64,000 nucleotides of DNA. Source: Felis catus (Eukaryota). The stretch covers positions 55,740,001 to 55,804,000 of the forward strand of contig NC_058368.1 of NCBI RefSeq assembly GCF_018350175.1. Reading direction: 5' to 3'. The position numbers and the translations under genes are program-made. Shown here piece after piece: positions 52,480-64,000 of the stretch. The notes below the pieces were generated by a model. The model saw only the letters and a program-made list of their open reading frames with translations. It made no database searches and was not told where the DNA came from. Each line of letters opens with the position of its first letter. Position 1 is the stretch's first letter.

Positions 52480-53770
52480 TCTATTATTTTTCATTGTGGT
52501 AAAAATGTATTTACCATTTTAATATTGTCTTCTGTATTAGTTTGGCAGTGTTAACACTTCACATTGCTATATAATAGATCTCCAGAACTTTTTTTTCTTA
52601 CTTTGCAATATCAAAATCCTATAACCACTGAATAATAACTCCTGATTTCTCCATCCTCTCCAGGTCCTGGTAACCACCATAATACTTTTCATGTCTGTTT
52701 GTTTGACTACTTTAGATTCTTCATATGAATGGAATTATACACTATTTGTCTTTCTGTGACTGGCTTATTTCCCTTAGTATGTCTCAAGTTTCATCCATGT
52801 TGTTGAATACAGCAGGATTTCCTTATTTTTTAAGACTGAATAATAATCCATTGTTTCTGTATATCACCTTCTCTTTATCCATTCATCTGTGGATTGATGT
52901 TTATATTGTTTTCCCTATCTTGGATTTTGTGAATAATGCTGCGATGAACATGGGAGTGCAAATATCTTTTCAAGTTCATGATTTCAGTTTTTTGTATATA
53001 TACCCAGAAGTGAAATTGCTAGATTATGTATGGTAGTTCTGTTTTTGAGGAAACTCCATACTGTTTTCTTGGTCGCTCCATTGTTTTCCATTCCTACTGA
53101 TAGTGTACTTGGATTCCAATTTCTGTAGCTGACACTAGGTTTTTTTTTTTTTAATTTTCTTAAAATAATATTAACAGATGTGAAGTGTTAGCTCAGTGTG
53201 TTTTTGATTTACATTTCCCTCATGATTGTGGTGTTGAGCATCTTTTCAAACACCAGTTGGCCATTTGTATGTCTTTGGAGAAATTTCTGTTTAAGTCCTC
53301 TGCCCGTTTTTGAGTTGATGTTGTTGTTGTTGATGGTGATGATGATTGCTGTTGATTTGTAGGAGTTTAAAAAAATTTTTTTAATGTTTATTCATTTTTT
53401 GAGAGACACAGAGAGACAGACCATGAGTGGGGCAGGGTTAGAGAGAGACACACACACACAGTCTGAAGCAGGCTCCAGGCTCTGAACTGTCAGCACAGAG
53501 CCTGACATGGAGCTCGAACCCATAAACCCTGAGATCATGACCTGAGCTGAAGTCAGACACTTAACCAACTGAGCCACCCAGGTGTCCTGATTTGTAGGAA
53601 TTTCTTATGTGCTTTAGATATCAGCCCATTATCAAATGTGTAATTTTCAAGGATCTTCTCCTATTCTGTAGGTTGCCTTTTCATTCTGTTGTTTCCTTTG
53701 ATACTCAGAAGTTAAGTTTGATATAATCCACTTGCCTAGTTTTGCTCCTATTGCCTGTGCTTTTAGTGAA
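52480..53770 (-). mobile_element. L1MA/MB-like 3' fragment, interrupted by a SINE
   Basis: agatctccagaact, cctggtaaccacc, ttttgaggaaactccatactg, ttctgtaggttgccttttc. Confidence 0.85.
53369..53587 (-). mobile_element. CAN-SINE with 16-bp TSD
   Basis: tgatttgtagga(g/a)ttt at 53353-53368 and 53588-53603. Confidence 0.95.
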
Positions 53771-53839
53771 ATTAGTATTGATTTTGCAACTAATATGGAA
53801 TAAAAAAAAGTACAAAAAATGAATGAAAGGTAAAATATT

Positions 53840-54900
53840 TAGCCACTTAATTTTTTTTAGATTTTATGCAAAGATACAGTATAATATTGCTTGAAGGTAC
53901 ATTGTGATAAGTTAAAGATATGTAAAATCTAGTATAACCACAGGGAAAATAAATCAAACAATGAAAGACACCTAAGAAGTCAGTTTTGTATACATAATGG
54001 AATACTAAGTTACTAAAAAAGTAATAATCCAAAAGAAAGCAGAGAATGGAGAAAACATGAGAACATACAAAGATGATGGGTTCTCAACTTAAATGCATCA
54101 TAAGTTAAAGTTAATATGAATGATAAAATAGTTCAAATAAAAAACAGAGATTGTCCAACTGGATAGAAAAGGCAGCCTAAACCAATATATAGTGTCTACA
54201 GAAACACACTTTAAATATACAGGTATAGATAGGTTAATATTTAAGGAATGGGAAACTATCCCCTACATAGCACTGACACAAAGACAGTCTTAGTAACTGT
54301 ATTAATATCAGATAAAGTAGAAATCAAACCAAGAATAAGGAATAAAGAGGGACACTGGATACTAATAAATGGTGAGTTTATCAAGAACATTGCAGTTTTC
54401 ATCGTATATACACCAGACTGCAGTATCAATATACACCAAACGAAATATGGTATAATTGAAAGAAGAAGTAGATAAATGTTCAATGATGGTAGAAGATCTC
54501 TTCATTTTCAATTTTTATTAAAAATAGATTAAAAATCAATAAGAGTACAGAGCAAATTATCAATCTATTAACAAAAATTTATTTTATTAACAAAACCGAG
54601 CAAAGCACAAATTATCAACTTAGTGGAATTGACATTTTTATAACATGCTGTTCAACAGCAACAGAATACCCATCCCAATCATATGTTCATGAGACATACC
54701 AAGACAGAACATATGCTAATCAAAGAAGTTACCATGAATTTAAAGTAATTTAGAACATACAGTGTATCTATTCTGACCACAAGAAAATTAGAGAATAAAT
54801 AATGGCGAAATAGCTGGGTTATTTCCAAGTGTGTAAAGATTTAATAACACACTTGTGTGTAACAACAAATAGATTTTGAAAAATGGCAATTGATGTTTTT
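53840..54900 (+). mobile_element. Old L1 spacer and ORF2 endonuclease region
   Basis: ORF 54248-54475 VLISDKVEIK...KEGHWILING resembles L1 EN; tctgaccac motif near 54772. Confidence 0.75.
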
Positions 54901-55692
54901 TGAACACAGGGATGGAATAATTATTTTCAGGACCTGTGGTAATATTTTAATAGTTTTAATATAGTGTAAATTTAAGTTATAATATCAGCTTTGATGATAA
55001 AAGTCTGAGAGAAAATGTTAGAGTTTTTTTTTTCAATTATATGCAATGATAGAATTAGGAATGATCAAATGAGGAGTCAAAAAAGTTTGAGGTAGGAACA
55101 GAGGTACTTCTTGGCTTGGAAATCTTAGACACATTATTTTCTAAGTCATTGAGGTATGTTGCACTTGATTTTTAGTGACAGCTAGAATGTTTTGTATGGT
55201 AACTTTAGGTCTCTTTATTTGAAGTTAGATTTTTATTACTACTTCTATCACTTAAGTTCAGATAGTTGTATATTTTAATTGAGTTTCTTATTTGAAAATG
55301 TGTGTAAAACTATGACACGTTTAATATTGTAACAGCAAGGAAACATTTTTTGCATTTTTTATTTCACAAAACAAGTGAACATTCTTGTATTTTTTCTTTT
55401 TATTTTAGGAAATTATAAAGTGTTAGTTATCAAATTTATATATATAATTTTGATTTTATGAGCTCTTTCTTGTATTAAACAGTTTAATGAAACCCTGTAT
55501 CAGATTAGTTTTCTTAAGTATGTATGCTCTTTATTAATTGATAGGTGGAAGAATATAACTTTTGTGAGTCATTAAAAATAAATACCCAACTGCCCTGATA
55601 ACAGTCTGAACAATCGGGTGGCATGTGCATTTTGACCCAGCTCACTTTTTTGCAGCCTACCATCTTGCCCTTGCGACAGCTAAGTATCTTTA

Positions 55693-55841
55693 GAGAGAGG
55701 GAAACACAGTATCCCAAGCAGGCTCCAGGCTCTGAGCTGTCAGCACAGGGCCCACGATGCAGGGCTCGAACTCACAAACTGTGAGATCATGACCTGAGCC
55801 AAAGTCAGACGCTTAACCAACTGAGCCATTCAGGCATCCCT
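55693..55841 (-). mobile_element. Tailless (3'-truncated) CAN-SINE with 17-bp TSD
   Basis: aca(g/a)ctaagtatcttta at 55676-55692 and 55842-55858; no poly(A). Confidence 0.92.
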
Positions 55842-58392
55842 ACAACTAAGTATCTTTAATGTTGAAATTGTTATGGTAGTTTCTAGTGTTTTTAAACATA
55901 GTATTGCTACACAATACTTCTTCTAAAACTGTACATGTGAGCTAGAATTAATTCTAAAAGCTGACTCAAAGTACCAGTAAGTGGCATACTCTTACTGCCT
56001 AAAGTCTTTGTAGGTTTGCTCATATTGAGCTATTGTTGTACAGCCATGCAATTTGATAGTCCTAATATCTATTTAGAATAATTATAGAATATTAAATGAA
56101 CTCTATATGAGTAAATCAATTAGATCTTGATGTCACTATATATTCATTAGTCTTTTTATTTAATTTTATGAAACACATCTTACTGTTTTTACTAAATGGG
56201 CTACACTGATTTCTGTTTGTGAATGTCACTGGGTGTGCTTATGAACAAAATTGGTCTTAGGGACTGTTGTCTAACTGGAAGGAATATCAGAAACACCATA
56301 GTACATTTATTTCAATAGCATTGGACCTTTTTTTATTGATTTAATTTTATTTGTTAAGAGCTACTTTTCATTAGAGGTCACATCTCTAGGAGTTACCAAT
56401 GACAAAGACATCTGAATAATTAAAATAATAATATAAAAACAACTAGACACAATTAAACATTATTCAGTATACAGCTAACTGTTGGAAGATTTTAGAATTT
56501 TCTCTGGGATTTTTCCCAGTTTTCTTTAACACATTTATAATACCAATTTAAGAAGATTAGCCATTTGCTTGTCAGATATTTTAGCTCTGTGGCTAATTTT
56601 AACCTCACAACATTGGGAAAGAGTTTGAAAATAAAATGTTCCATCCAGTGGTAATGAAAATCTCTGATTATTTTTAATGCAGAGATTTAATTAACTTTAA
56701 ATTTTAAATCATTCTTATTTGAGTTGTTTATCTACTCACCCCCAATCTGGATTATTTGAAGGTAAAATCTGACATATTTTTATGGTCTTTTTTTCTTTTT
56801 CAACAGAATGAAATTATTTTCTTATCTTCACTGATTTTGACAGTTTTCTGTCATAGTGACCCAGGAACCAGCCCTAGTGATCATCATAACTGATATCCAA
56901 GTATCCTGATAGCAATCTGAAAGTTAATCAACTGGTAGGGTACACCTTGAACCAGGTCACTTCTGGAGCCTGGTGTCTGACCCTCAAGTCGTCTAGGTAT
57001 CACTTCTGACAGAATGACCTCTCATAGTGCCAGATTCTGACAGCATGAGCCTTAACGAACTCGCGTGGAGCAGCTACAACAATGCAGGTTCACTGTCCCT
57101 GTCCTTAGACTGCTCACCATCCAAAAGGCTTCCTGATGGCTAATTAGTCAGTGTCCCCAGCACAGCTCAAATACAGAGCCTTCTGTTGGCCTCAGGTGGA
57201 CTAAAACTGACGTTAAAAAAAATGAACAAAAGGAACACATCACACACACACATACACACACCCCTTGGAAATATTGCCTCTAAAAAATATGAGCTAAAAC
57301 TATTCAGAGTTATGGACAAATTATGACAAAAAGAAAAAAATACAAATTATTATTTATAAAGTTTTGAAGGATATTCTAAGGTTATCAGGGAAGGGAAGTA
57401 TAGCTCCTTAGTGTCCTACAGTCATGACTGAACCATGCCAATTTAAGTACCTTGGAAGAGGAAATAACCAGTCCATGCTAGTGATTAGTCAGTTGAGGAA
57501 AGTCTTGTCCTTGGCAAAGATGATGCTGACTCCCATTGTGAATCTCTTATGTTTAGTTTGGTTATGCATTATACGATTTAATTGAGTTTTAGAAACATCT
57601 TTATCTTATAACACTGTCTCCAGCTTTAAAAAGAAAGGTAAAAGATCCTCTGCTCCTAAATTCTTGTCTTGAAGCAGCTTTCCAAAATTAGTGTCTTTAA
57701 ATAAAAACTTAAGTAAATAAATAAATAAATGTAATGTTAAAATCTTGGAAAACGACATACATTCCGTGTTCTAGACTTTTTTGGAAAAAAAAAACAGTGC
57801 TTCTCAATTTTTAATTTTTTTTTTGCTCAAGCAAAACATGACTAATGTAATATCAAAGTTTTGAAAATCTGCAAAATGTTTTCTTCTTATTTAAAAAATA
57901 AAGCATTGACACTAATTTTAAACTATTTCAAAACAGGGCAGACCAGAAGCAAAGGATGACAGAACACACTTAAGATAACAACGTAAGAAAAAATATATAT
58001 AACAACATAAGGTTAGTGTAATATTCATGCCAGAGCATGATGACAGCAGAAGACTAAAGATACAGACACAAAAATTCTGCACAAAATATTATCATAACAA
58101 ATAATATGTTGCAAAAGGAATAATGCATCATGAAAAGGTAGAGTTTCTTTCAGGAATGAAAATTTGTGTTAGTCTTTTAAAGAAATGATAGAATTCACAC
58201 TTACAAGGTATACGAAAGAGTTCACATTGATAAGATGAAGGAAAGAATCATATGATCATCTCAATCAAAAGGGAAAGCATTTGATATAATTCTATAAGTA
58301 TTTGTGATAAAAATTCTGTATTAATTAGGAACAGATGGCTTTTTCTCTTAACAAAATACATACATACATACATACATACATACATACATACA

Positions 58393-58393
58393 T

Positions 58394-58436
<43 letters not shown>

Positions 58437-58612
58437 GAGTGAGCACATGCTTGTGTATGTGCTTGCAGGGGAGGGACAGAGAGAGAGAGGGAGAGAGGAT
58501 CCCAACAGTCTCTGTGACTTGGGGCTCAATCTCATGAACCAAACCACAAGATCATGACCTGGGCCAAAATCAAGAGTCAGACTCTTAACCAACTGAGCCA
58601 TCCAGGAGCCCC
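58393..58612 (-). mobile_element. CAN-SINE with tail-derived (ATTT)n, preceded by (ATAC)n
   Basis: agatcatgacctgggcc...cttaaccaactgagccatccaggagcccc. Confidence 0.92.
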
Positions 58613-59967
58613 TTGAAGGTCTTTTACATAATCTGACAGAGTGTATCAACAAAAATGTTATAGCTAGTGTCATATAAAATATTGAAAGTCTAAATGTTTT
58701 CTTTCTAAGATTCAAAGAAAGAAAGAAAGATCTTTTCTTACCACTTATGTTCATATTATACAGTATATTTGGCCAGCAAAACAAGGTAATAAAATAAAAT
58801 AAATGCCATAAAGATGGTAAAGAATAAATTTTTAGCAAAACAATGAAATTCAATCAAGTCAGAGATGTAAGGTTCATATAAAGAGAATATGTTGCTATAA
58901 ACTGGAAACAAACAGTTGGAAACATAGATTAAAAAATTAGAATTCACAATTCACACTAAAATACTCAAGAATAAATTCAGCAGAATCAGTTTAAACCCCT
59001 TTCAATAAAAATATTTTAATATTGCTGAAGAAAATTTAAAAGTATTTAAATAAATGGAGAAATATATATATGATATATATATCAAAATACATATCAAAAA
59101 TATTTAGAAGTCTATTAGATATTGATGTATAGATACAACACTGTCTCATTCAGAATCTCAGCTGAATTTGGGGGGAAGGAGAAATCAACAAGCTTGAATA
59201 GTCAAGACTCTTTATTTTTCAATAAAAAATAGCAAAGTGTGAGGCCTTAGACTAAATGATGTTAAAATTATTTCTAAAACTAAAATAATTAGAATATAAT
59301 CTGGTACAGAGAGACATATAGAAATGGAATAGAATTGAGAAGCCAGAAATGGGCCCAAATATATTCAGTTGATTTTAAATATATGCTCCAACATAATTGA
59401 ATAAAGAATGTATAGTAAAATAAAAATAAATAAAATAGAGGTGTTGAATAAAATTCAGATATATGTACAGAAAAAAAATATTAAATTTCAACCCCTACTT
59501 CACACCATACAGGAAGATTAGTTATAAATGAATCATAGGCCTAAAGGTAAAAGAAATTCCAAATCCTTGAGAAGGAAGTTAGGAGAATATCTTTACAACA
59601 CTTAAGTAGGCAAATATTTCTTAATCTGTTTAAAAAGAACATTAAATGTAAGAGGAAAATGATAAACTGGACTTACCAAAATTAAAACTTCTATTCTTCA
59701 TAATACTGTATTAAAAATTAAAAGCTACAGACTGAAAGTATTTACACTACACATATGTGGCAAATAAATTGTACCCAAAGTATATAAGAAAGTTATATAA
59801 TTCAATAATAAATAAACAAGCCTACCCCCCCACTCCCCCTCCAAAAAAAGTGGGCAAAGGATTTGAACATATTCTTCAGAAAAAGATGTTCAATAACATT
59901 AGTCATTAGAGAAACAAACATTAAAATCACGAGATACCATCACATAGGTTCTAAAATGGCTACATTT

Positions 59968-60101
59968 GGGGTGCCTGGGTGGTTCATTCAGTTAAGCATC
60001 TGACTTTGGCTCAGGTCATGATCTACGGTTCATGGATTTGAGCCCCGCATCAGGCTCTGTGCTGTGTCCAAATCAGAGCCTGGAGCCAGGAGCCTCTTCG
60101 G

Positions 60102-60160
<59 letters not shown>

Positions 60161-60226
60161 GCCCCTCCCCTGTTCAAGCGCTATCTCTCTAAGATAGATA
60201 AACATTAAAAAAAAAAGTTTAAAAAA
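59968..60226 (+). mobile_element. CAN-SINE with expanded (CT)n
   Basis: ggggtgcctgggtgg head; TSD-like aatggct(a/g)ca on both sides. Confidence 0.93.
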
Positions 60227-60276
60227 TAATGGCTGCAATTTCAAAGCTTGAAATAGCAACAACTGACTAGGGTGTG

Positions 60277-60864
60277 TGACGTAGAAAATGTGGTGTTCAG
60301 AGGCAATGGCCAAGAAAGAATTCTTGAAACCTTTTTGGTGAAGAAAGGTAGCTTTATTAAAGCATGAGGACAGGACCTCTGAGCAGAAAGAGCTGCACTG
60401 GGGTTTTGAGGAATGGCTAATTATATACTTTCAAGTTGGGAAGGGGTTAGGAATAGCACAAGCCTCCACCGTTTTTTGGAAACAAGGTTTACAGGATCCT
60501 GAGGGGGCCAGCTATTGTTAGGAAAAGGGCATGTATTACTTTTTTAGTAAAAACTCAGTCATGAGACTCTTCAGATGTAAGTCAGTAGTCCATATGCTTG
60601 GAGGATGATTGCTAACATACATTTGGGGGATTGAGGTAGAGGAAGTTTCCAAAGGAACTTTTTTATGTGTTAAAGTAGACTTCCAGGATCCTGGAGGTCA
60701 GGATAATGTTAAGCTAAGATTGCCTTTTGCCCTTAGCAAAGTGTCATCATTGAGGCAACAGAGTTCCTAGAGGAATATCACTCTTGTTGTATCAAGGACT
60801 TGTCAATGGGCTGTAAACTGTAAGGAAATTTAATTTTTTTCTTCTGCCTTTGTTTCCCACATCG
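60277..60864 (-). mobile_element. Carnivore ERV1-class solo LTR inserted in the old L1
   Basis: Inverted termini tgacgtag...ccacatcg; 4-bp TSD tgtg (60273-60276, 60865-60868); antisense poly(A) signal tttatt. Confidence 0.8.
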
Positions 60865-61599
60865 TGTGGAACAATTGTACTTTATGTGCACTGTGTATGA
60901 GAGAATAAATGGTGCAACCAGTGTGGAAACAGGCTGGAATTATTTATAAAATTAAACATGCCCTTAACTTATAATGTAGAAATTTCAGTTACCAGGAATT
61001 TACCAAAGAAACTTGTATATGAATATAGCAAATTTACTCATGATTCCTCAATGCTGAAAATGACCCATGATTCCTCAATGCTGAAAATGTATCTTTCTAT
61101 GAGTGAATAATAAACAGATTGTGATGTTTATTTCAAAAGGGTACTGCTTAGCAATAAAAAGTAATGAACTACTGATATAGCTAGCTTCCTGGAGGACTCT
61201 CAAAATAATCATAGTAAAATAGTGAGACACAAAGGAGTGTGTATTCTGTGATTCTATGCATTTGAGTTTCTAGAACAAGAAAAAAATAATCTATAATTAC
61301 AGAAGTCAAATCAGTTTTGTAGACGGGAGTTAAAAATTGGAGGAATTTTCTGCATTGGAGCATGAGGAAACCTTCTGTGATGTTGGAAATATTCTCTATC
61401 TTTACTGGGTAGTGGTTCCAAGAGTACATAAATTTGTGAAAATGACTCAAAATATATATTTACAGTGGTGCAATTTTAATGTAAATTATATTGCAAAATA
61501 TTGATAAAATATAAATAAAAGCATAAAGCAGATTTTGTGGATTGACTATGCTAAAATTATTCATAGTCTGTTTCTCTCTTGACTTCATCTACCATAGAT

Positions 61600-62040
61600 C
61601 TTGAATATATAGACTCACTTAGAATTTCTTCTAGTTGGGGCTTATCTCATGACCCAATTCTCACTAATAAGATGTAAGCTGAAGTCACTATCAATTTCCA
61701 GGAAAGTTTATTAAAAGTAGAAACTTACAGGAAAGACTTCTTCAACCCTTCAACATTTAATGCTGCGGCCCTTCCACTTCTGCCTTTTGAATGGGATATA
61801 ATGACTGAATTGGCAGCAGGCTGTCATGGCCAAGAGAACAAAAAAACATATGCCAGATCAGTGGGGAAGGAAAACAGGAGAAGGACGTGTTTAATCACAT
61901 CTTTGAGTAGTCAGTAGTCTTACAAGGCTTATCTCTGGACTTAACATAACTAACAAAAGATTCTACTGGTTAAAAGAATTCAACACAGTTGTTTTTTTTG
62001 TTTTGTTTTGTATTGTTTGGGGCTGAATGTGTAACTTCCT
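61600..62040 (+). mobile_element. Old MLT1-like LTR remnant
   Basis: catgacccaattct...aataagatgtaagctgaagtc...cttatctctggactt. Confidence 0.5.
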
Positions 62041-62246
62041 ATATAAGGAATGTAGTCTGTACCTCCCAATCTTACCCCTGACAACTAATATAAGGAAAGA
62101 AATAATAATGAGCTTTTAAGAGCTTTTCTATATTCTCCTTTTGTGTATGTATGATAGCTATGTGGTGAATATGTATGTAAAGAGAAAAACAATAGCAACA
62201 ATAAAAACACAATCATGTTCAAAATGGTCGTTAAAAATAGATTTTA

Positions 62247-62415
62247 GGGGCACCTGTGTGGCTCAGTTGGTTAAGTGTCCGACTCTTGATTTTGGCTCAA
62301 ATCATTATTGCATGGTTCCTGAAATCAAGCCCAGTGTCAGCCTCTGTGCTGAGAGTGTGGAGTCTGCTTGCCTCTCTACTCAGTGCTCTTTCTCAAAATA
62401 AATAAATAAACTTTA
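62247..62415 (+). mobile_element. CAN-SINE with internal deletion
   Basis: ggggcacctgtgtggctcagttggttaag; TSD-like aaaa(t)agatttta. Confidence 0.92.
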
Positions 62416-62569
62416 AAAAAGATTTTAAATGGTTTAGAATTAGGCAACGCTCATTAAAGATTTTAAAGAACTATTTGCCAAGAAAGGTAGGGTGATCTTA
62501 TGGGACTTCTGTTCAGATTAAGTTATCTATAAATCAATTATCCAAATACTATGCATTGGTAACAAAATC

Positions 62570-63000
62570 TGTCAAAGAAAAATTGCACCAGACAAGTTGC
62601 ACAGGCAAGGAAGATTTTATTGAAGCCTACTGCAAGAGTGGAGAGAAACTGAATTAAACTCCAGTGAAACAAAAGGGAATAGAATTTTTAAGGGCTGCAG
62701 TGATAAAGAATATTAGACACGTGTTTGCTAATTTGCATAGAGACTGGAAGATTAATCCACTTTTTTCCTCAGTGATTGCACTGAAAACAGATAGCTTCTA
62801 GGTCCTTGACAAAGGTGTTTCTGTGGTTGAGAGATTTACATCATAAAGGGGCAGGGAAATAATTTACAATTGCAAATTTTCTAAGGTAAATGCTTTAAGG
62901 AAACATGGTCTGGGGACTAGAATCCTTAAGAACAAAAACAAACAGAAAACACTTTTCTAAAGGCTCATCAAACTAAAGGGAGCCTTGAAGCTGTCTAGCT
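62570..63000 (-). mobile_element. ERV1-class (MER4-group-like) LTR remnant
   Basis: tgtcaaagaaaaa...agattttattgaa...ctaaggtaaatgct. Confidence 0.55.
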
Positions 63001-63904
63001 TAAATTCAACTCAATTTATGAGTTGGAGATAGCTCACAATTTGGTCATCTGCTTCTACACTCTAGATGAAATGGGGATGAGAGAAGACTAAGAGGTCTTC
63101 ATTTAATCATGACCAGAATATGCTTCTTACCAGCGATAAAGTATAGATATTTCAGCCTGGCCAGTCATTTGTGATTTCCAGCAAACCTAGGGAATAAAAT
63201 TGTATTTTAACGGAAAGACAGCTGAACCTCTCTCCTCTCTGAATAGTTGATAACTAAAATTCCACTTTCAAGCCTTTGTTGTATATTGTGTACTTGATAC
63301 AAATATTTAAAAGGAATAGGAAAAATAGAGCATATACAAAGTACTTTGTCACTGAAGAAAGAATTAAAAGAAGTATTAGTATGTACAAGGTGGAGGACCA
63401 GAAAAGGGCACAAAACACATATGATGATGTTTACATTATGTTAAATTTTTCGTGTGTCCCATTTACATGATATAGTGTTTCACTATTGTATGGCAGAACT
63501 TTGAAATATGTCCATTCTGAGTCATATGATATTGGTTTGAAATCATCTGAATTTCTTTCAGAGTTAGCAAAATTCAATCTCTTGTGCCTCACCTACACTC
63601 ACCTTCATTTTCCAGATGTTCTGTCTTCTTGGTGCTGCATTAGTCTTGAAGATGATAAAAATTTTACACTAAATTGATCTCAGAGTATTAACACTTGGGT
63701 TTATTGTTTGGCTCAATTTGTTTGAACTCCACAGGCACTAGAAGTCTTTTATTTGCCAGAAATACAACCACACTATCCATAAATAACAAAATAAAGTATT
63801 TAGGATTTTGTTAATGTGGGGAGAGATTATGTTATGAGGGCTAAGAGCATGCATTCTTGAATCAGGCCAACTGAATTTGAATACTTGGCCAACCACTTTC
63901 TATA

Positions 63905-64000
63905 ATTTTTTTAATGTTTGTTTATTTTTGAGAGACAGAGACAGAGACAGAGTATGAGTGGGAGAGGGGCAGAGAGATACATGGTAGCACAGAGCCTGAC
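63905..64000 (-). mobile_element. CAN-SINE 3' part (runs off the window)
   Basis: tttatttttgagagacagag...agcacagagcctgac. Confidence 0.85.

Larger units (their letters stand above)
57960..61495 (+). mobile_element. Old L1 (ORF2 3' half plus 3' UTR) hosting two SINEs and an LTR
   Basis: atatgatcatctcaat, aaatggaatagaattgaga, aaagtgggcaaagg, gcaataaaaagtaatgaactactgata. Confidence 0.8.

Overview
AT-rich, gene-poor mammalian DNA from a feliform carnivore, most likely a cat (Felidae). The assignment rests on about 20 CAN-SINE copies (including a CpG-rich SINEC_Fc-type copy) and carnivore/felid-type L1 3' ends. No recognisable host gene is present. The protein-like ORFs in the track are L1 ORF1/ORF2 debris; the rest look like SINE, microsatellite or chance read-throughs. 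Contents: a nearly full-length decayed minus-strand L1 (13792-20753), several truncated L1s, MLT1/MER34-like/ERV1 solo LTRs, a MER119-like hAT fossil, L2/MIR relics and simple repeats. The most striking structure is a 499-bp inverted duplication with no mismatch I could find (35034-35532 vs 39288-39786, 3755-bp spacer). It was copied into a SINE-tail/MLT1 junction with 4-bp microhomology. Other notable items are a double poly(A) with a short 3' transduction inside the TSD of the big L1, a tailless SINE with a TSD, an isolated internal L1 fragment, palindromic AT-rich repeats, and a speculative phase-compatible chain of minus-strand micro-exons. Repeat subfamily names come from recalled consensus similarity, not a database search. 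Boundaries of old elements are approximate.
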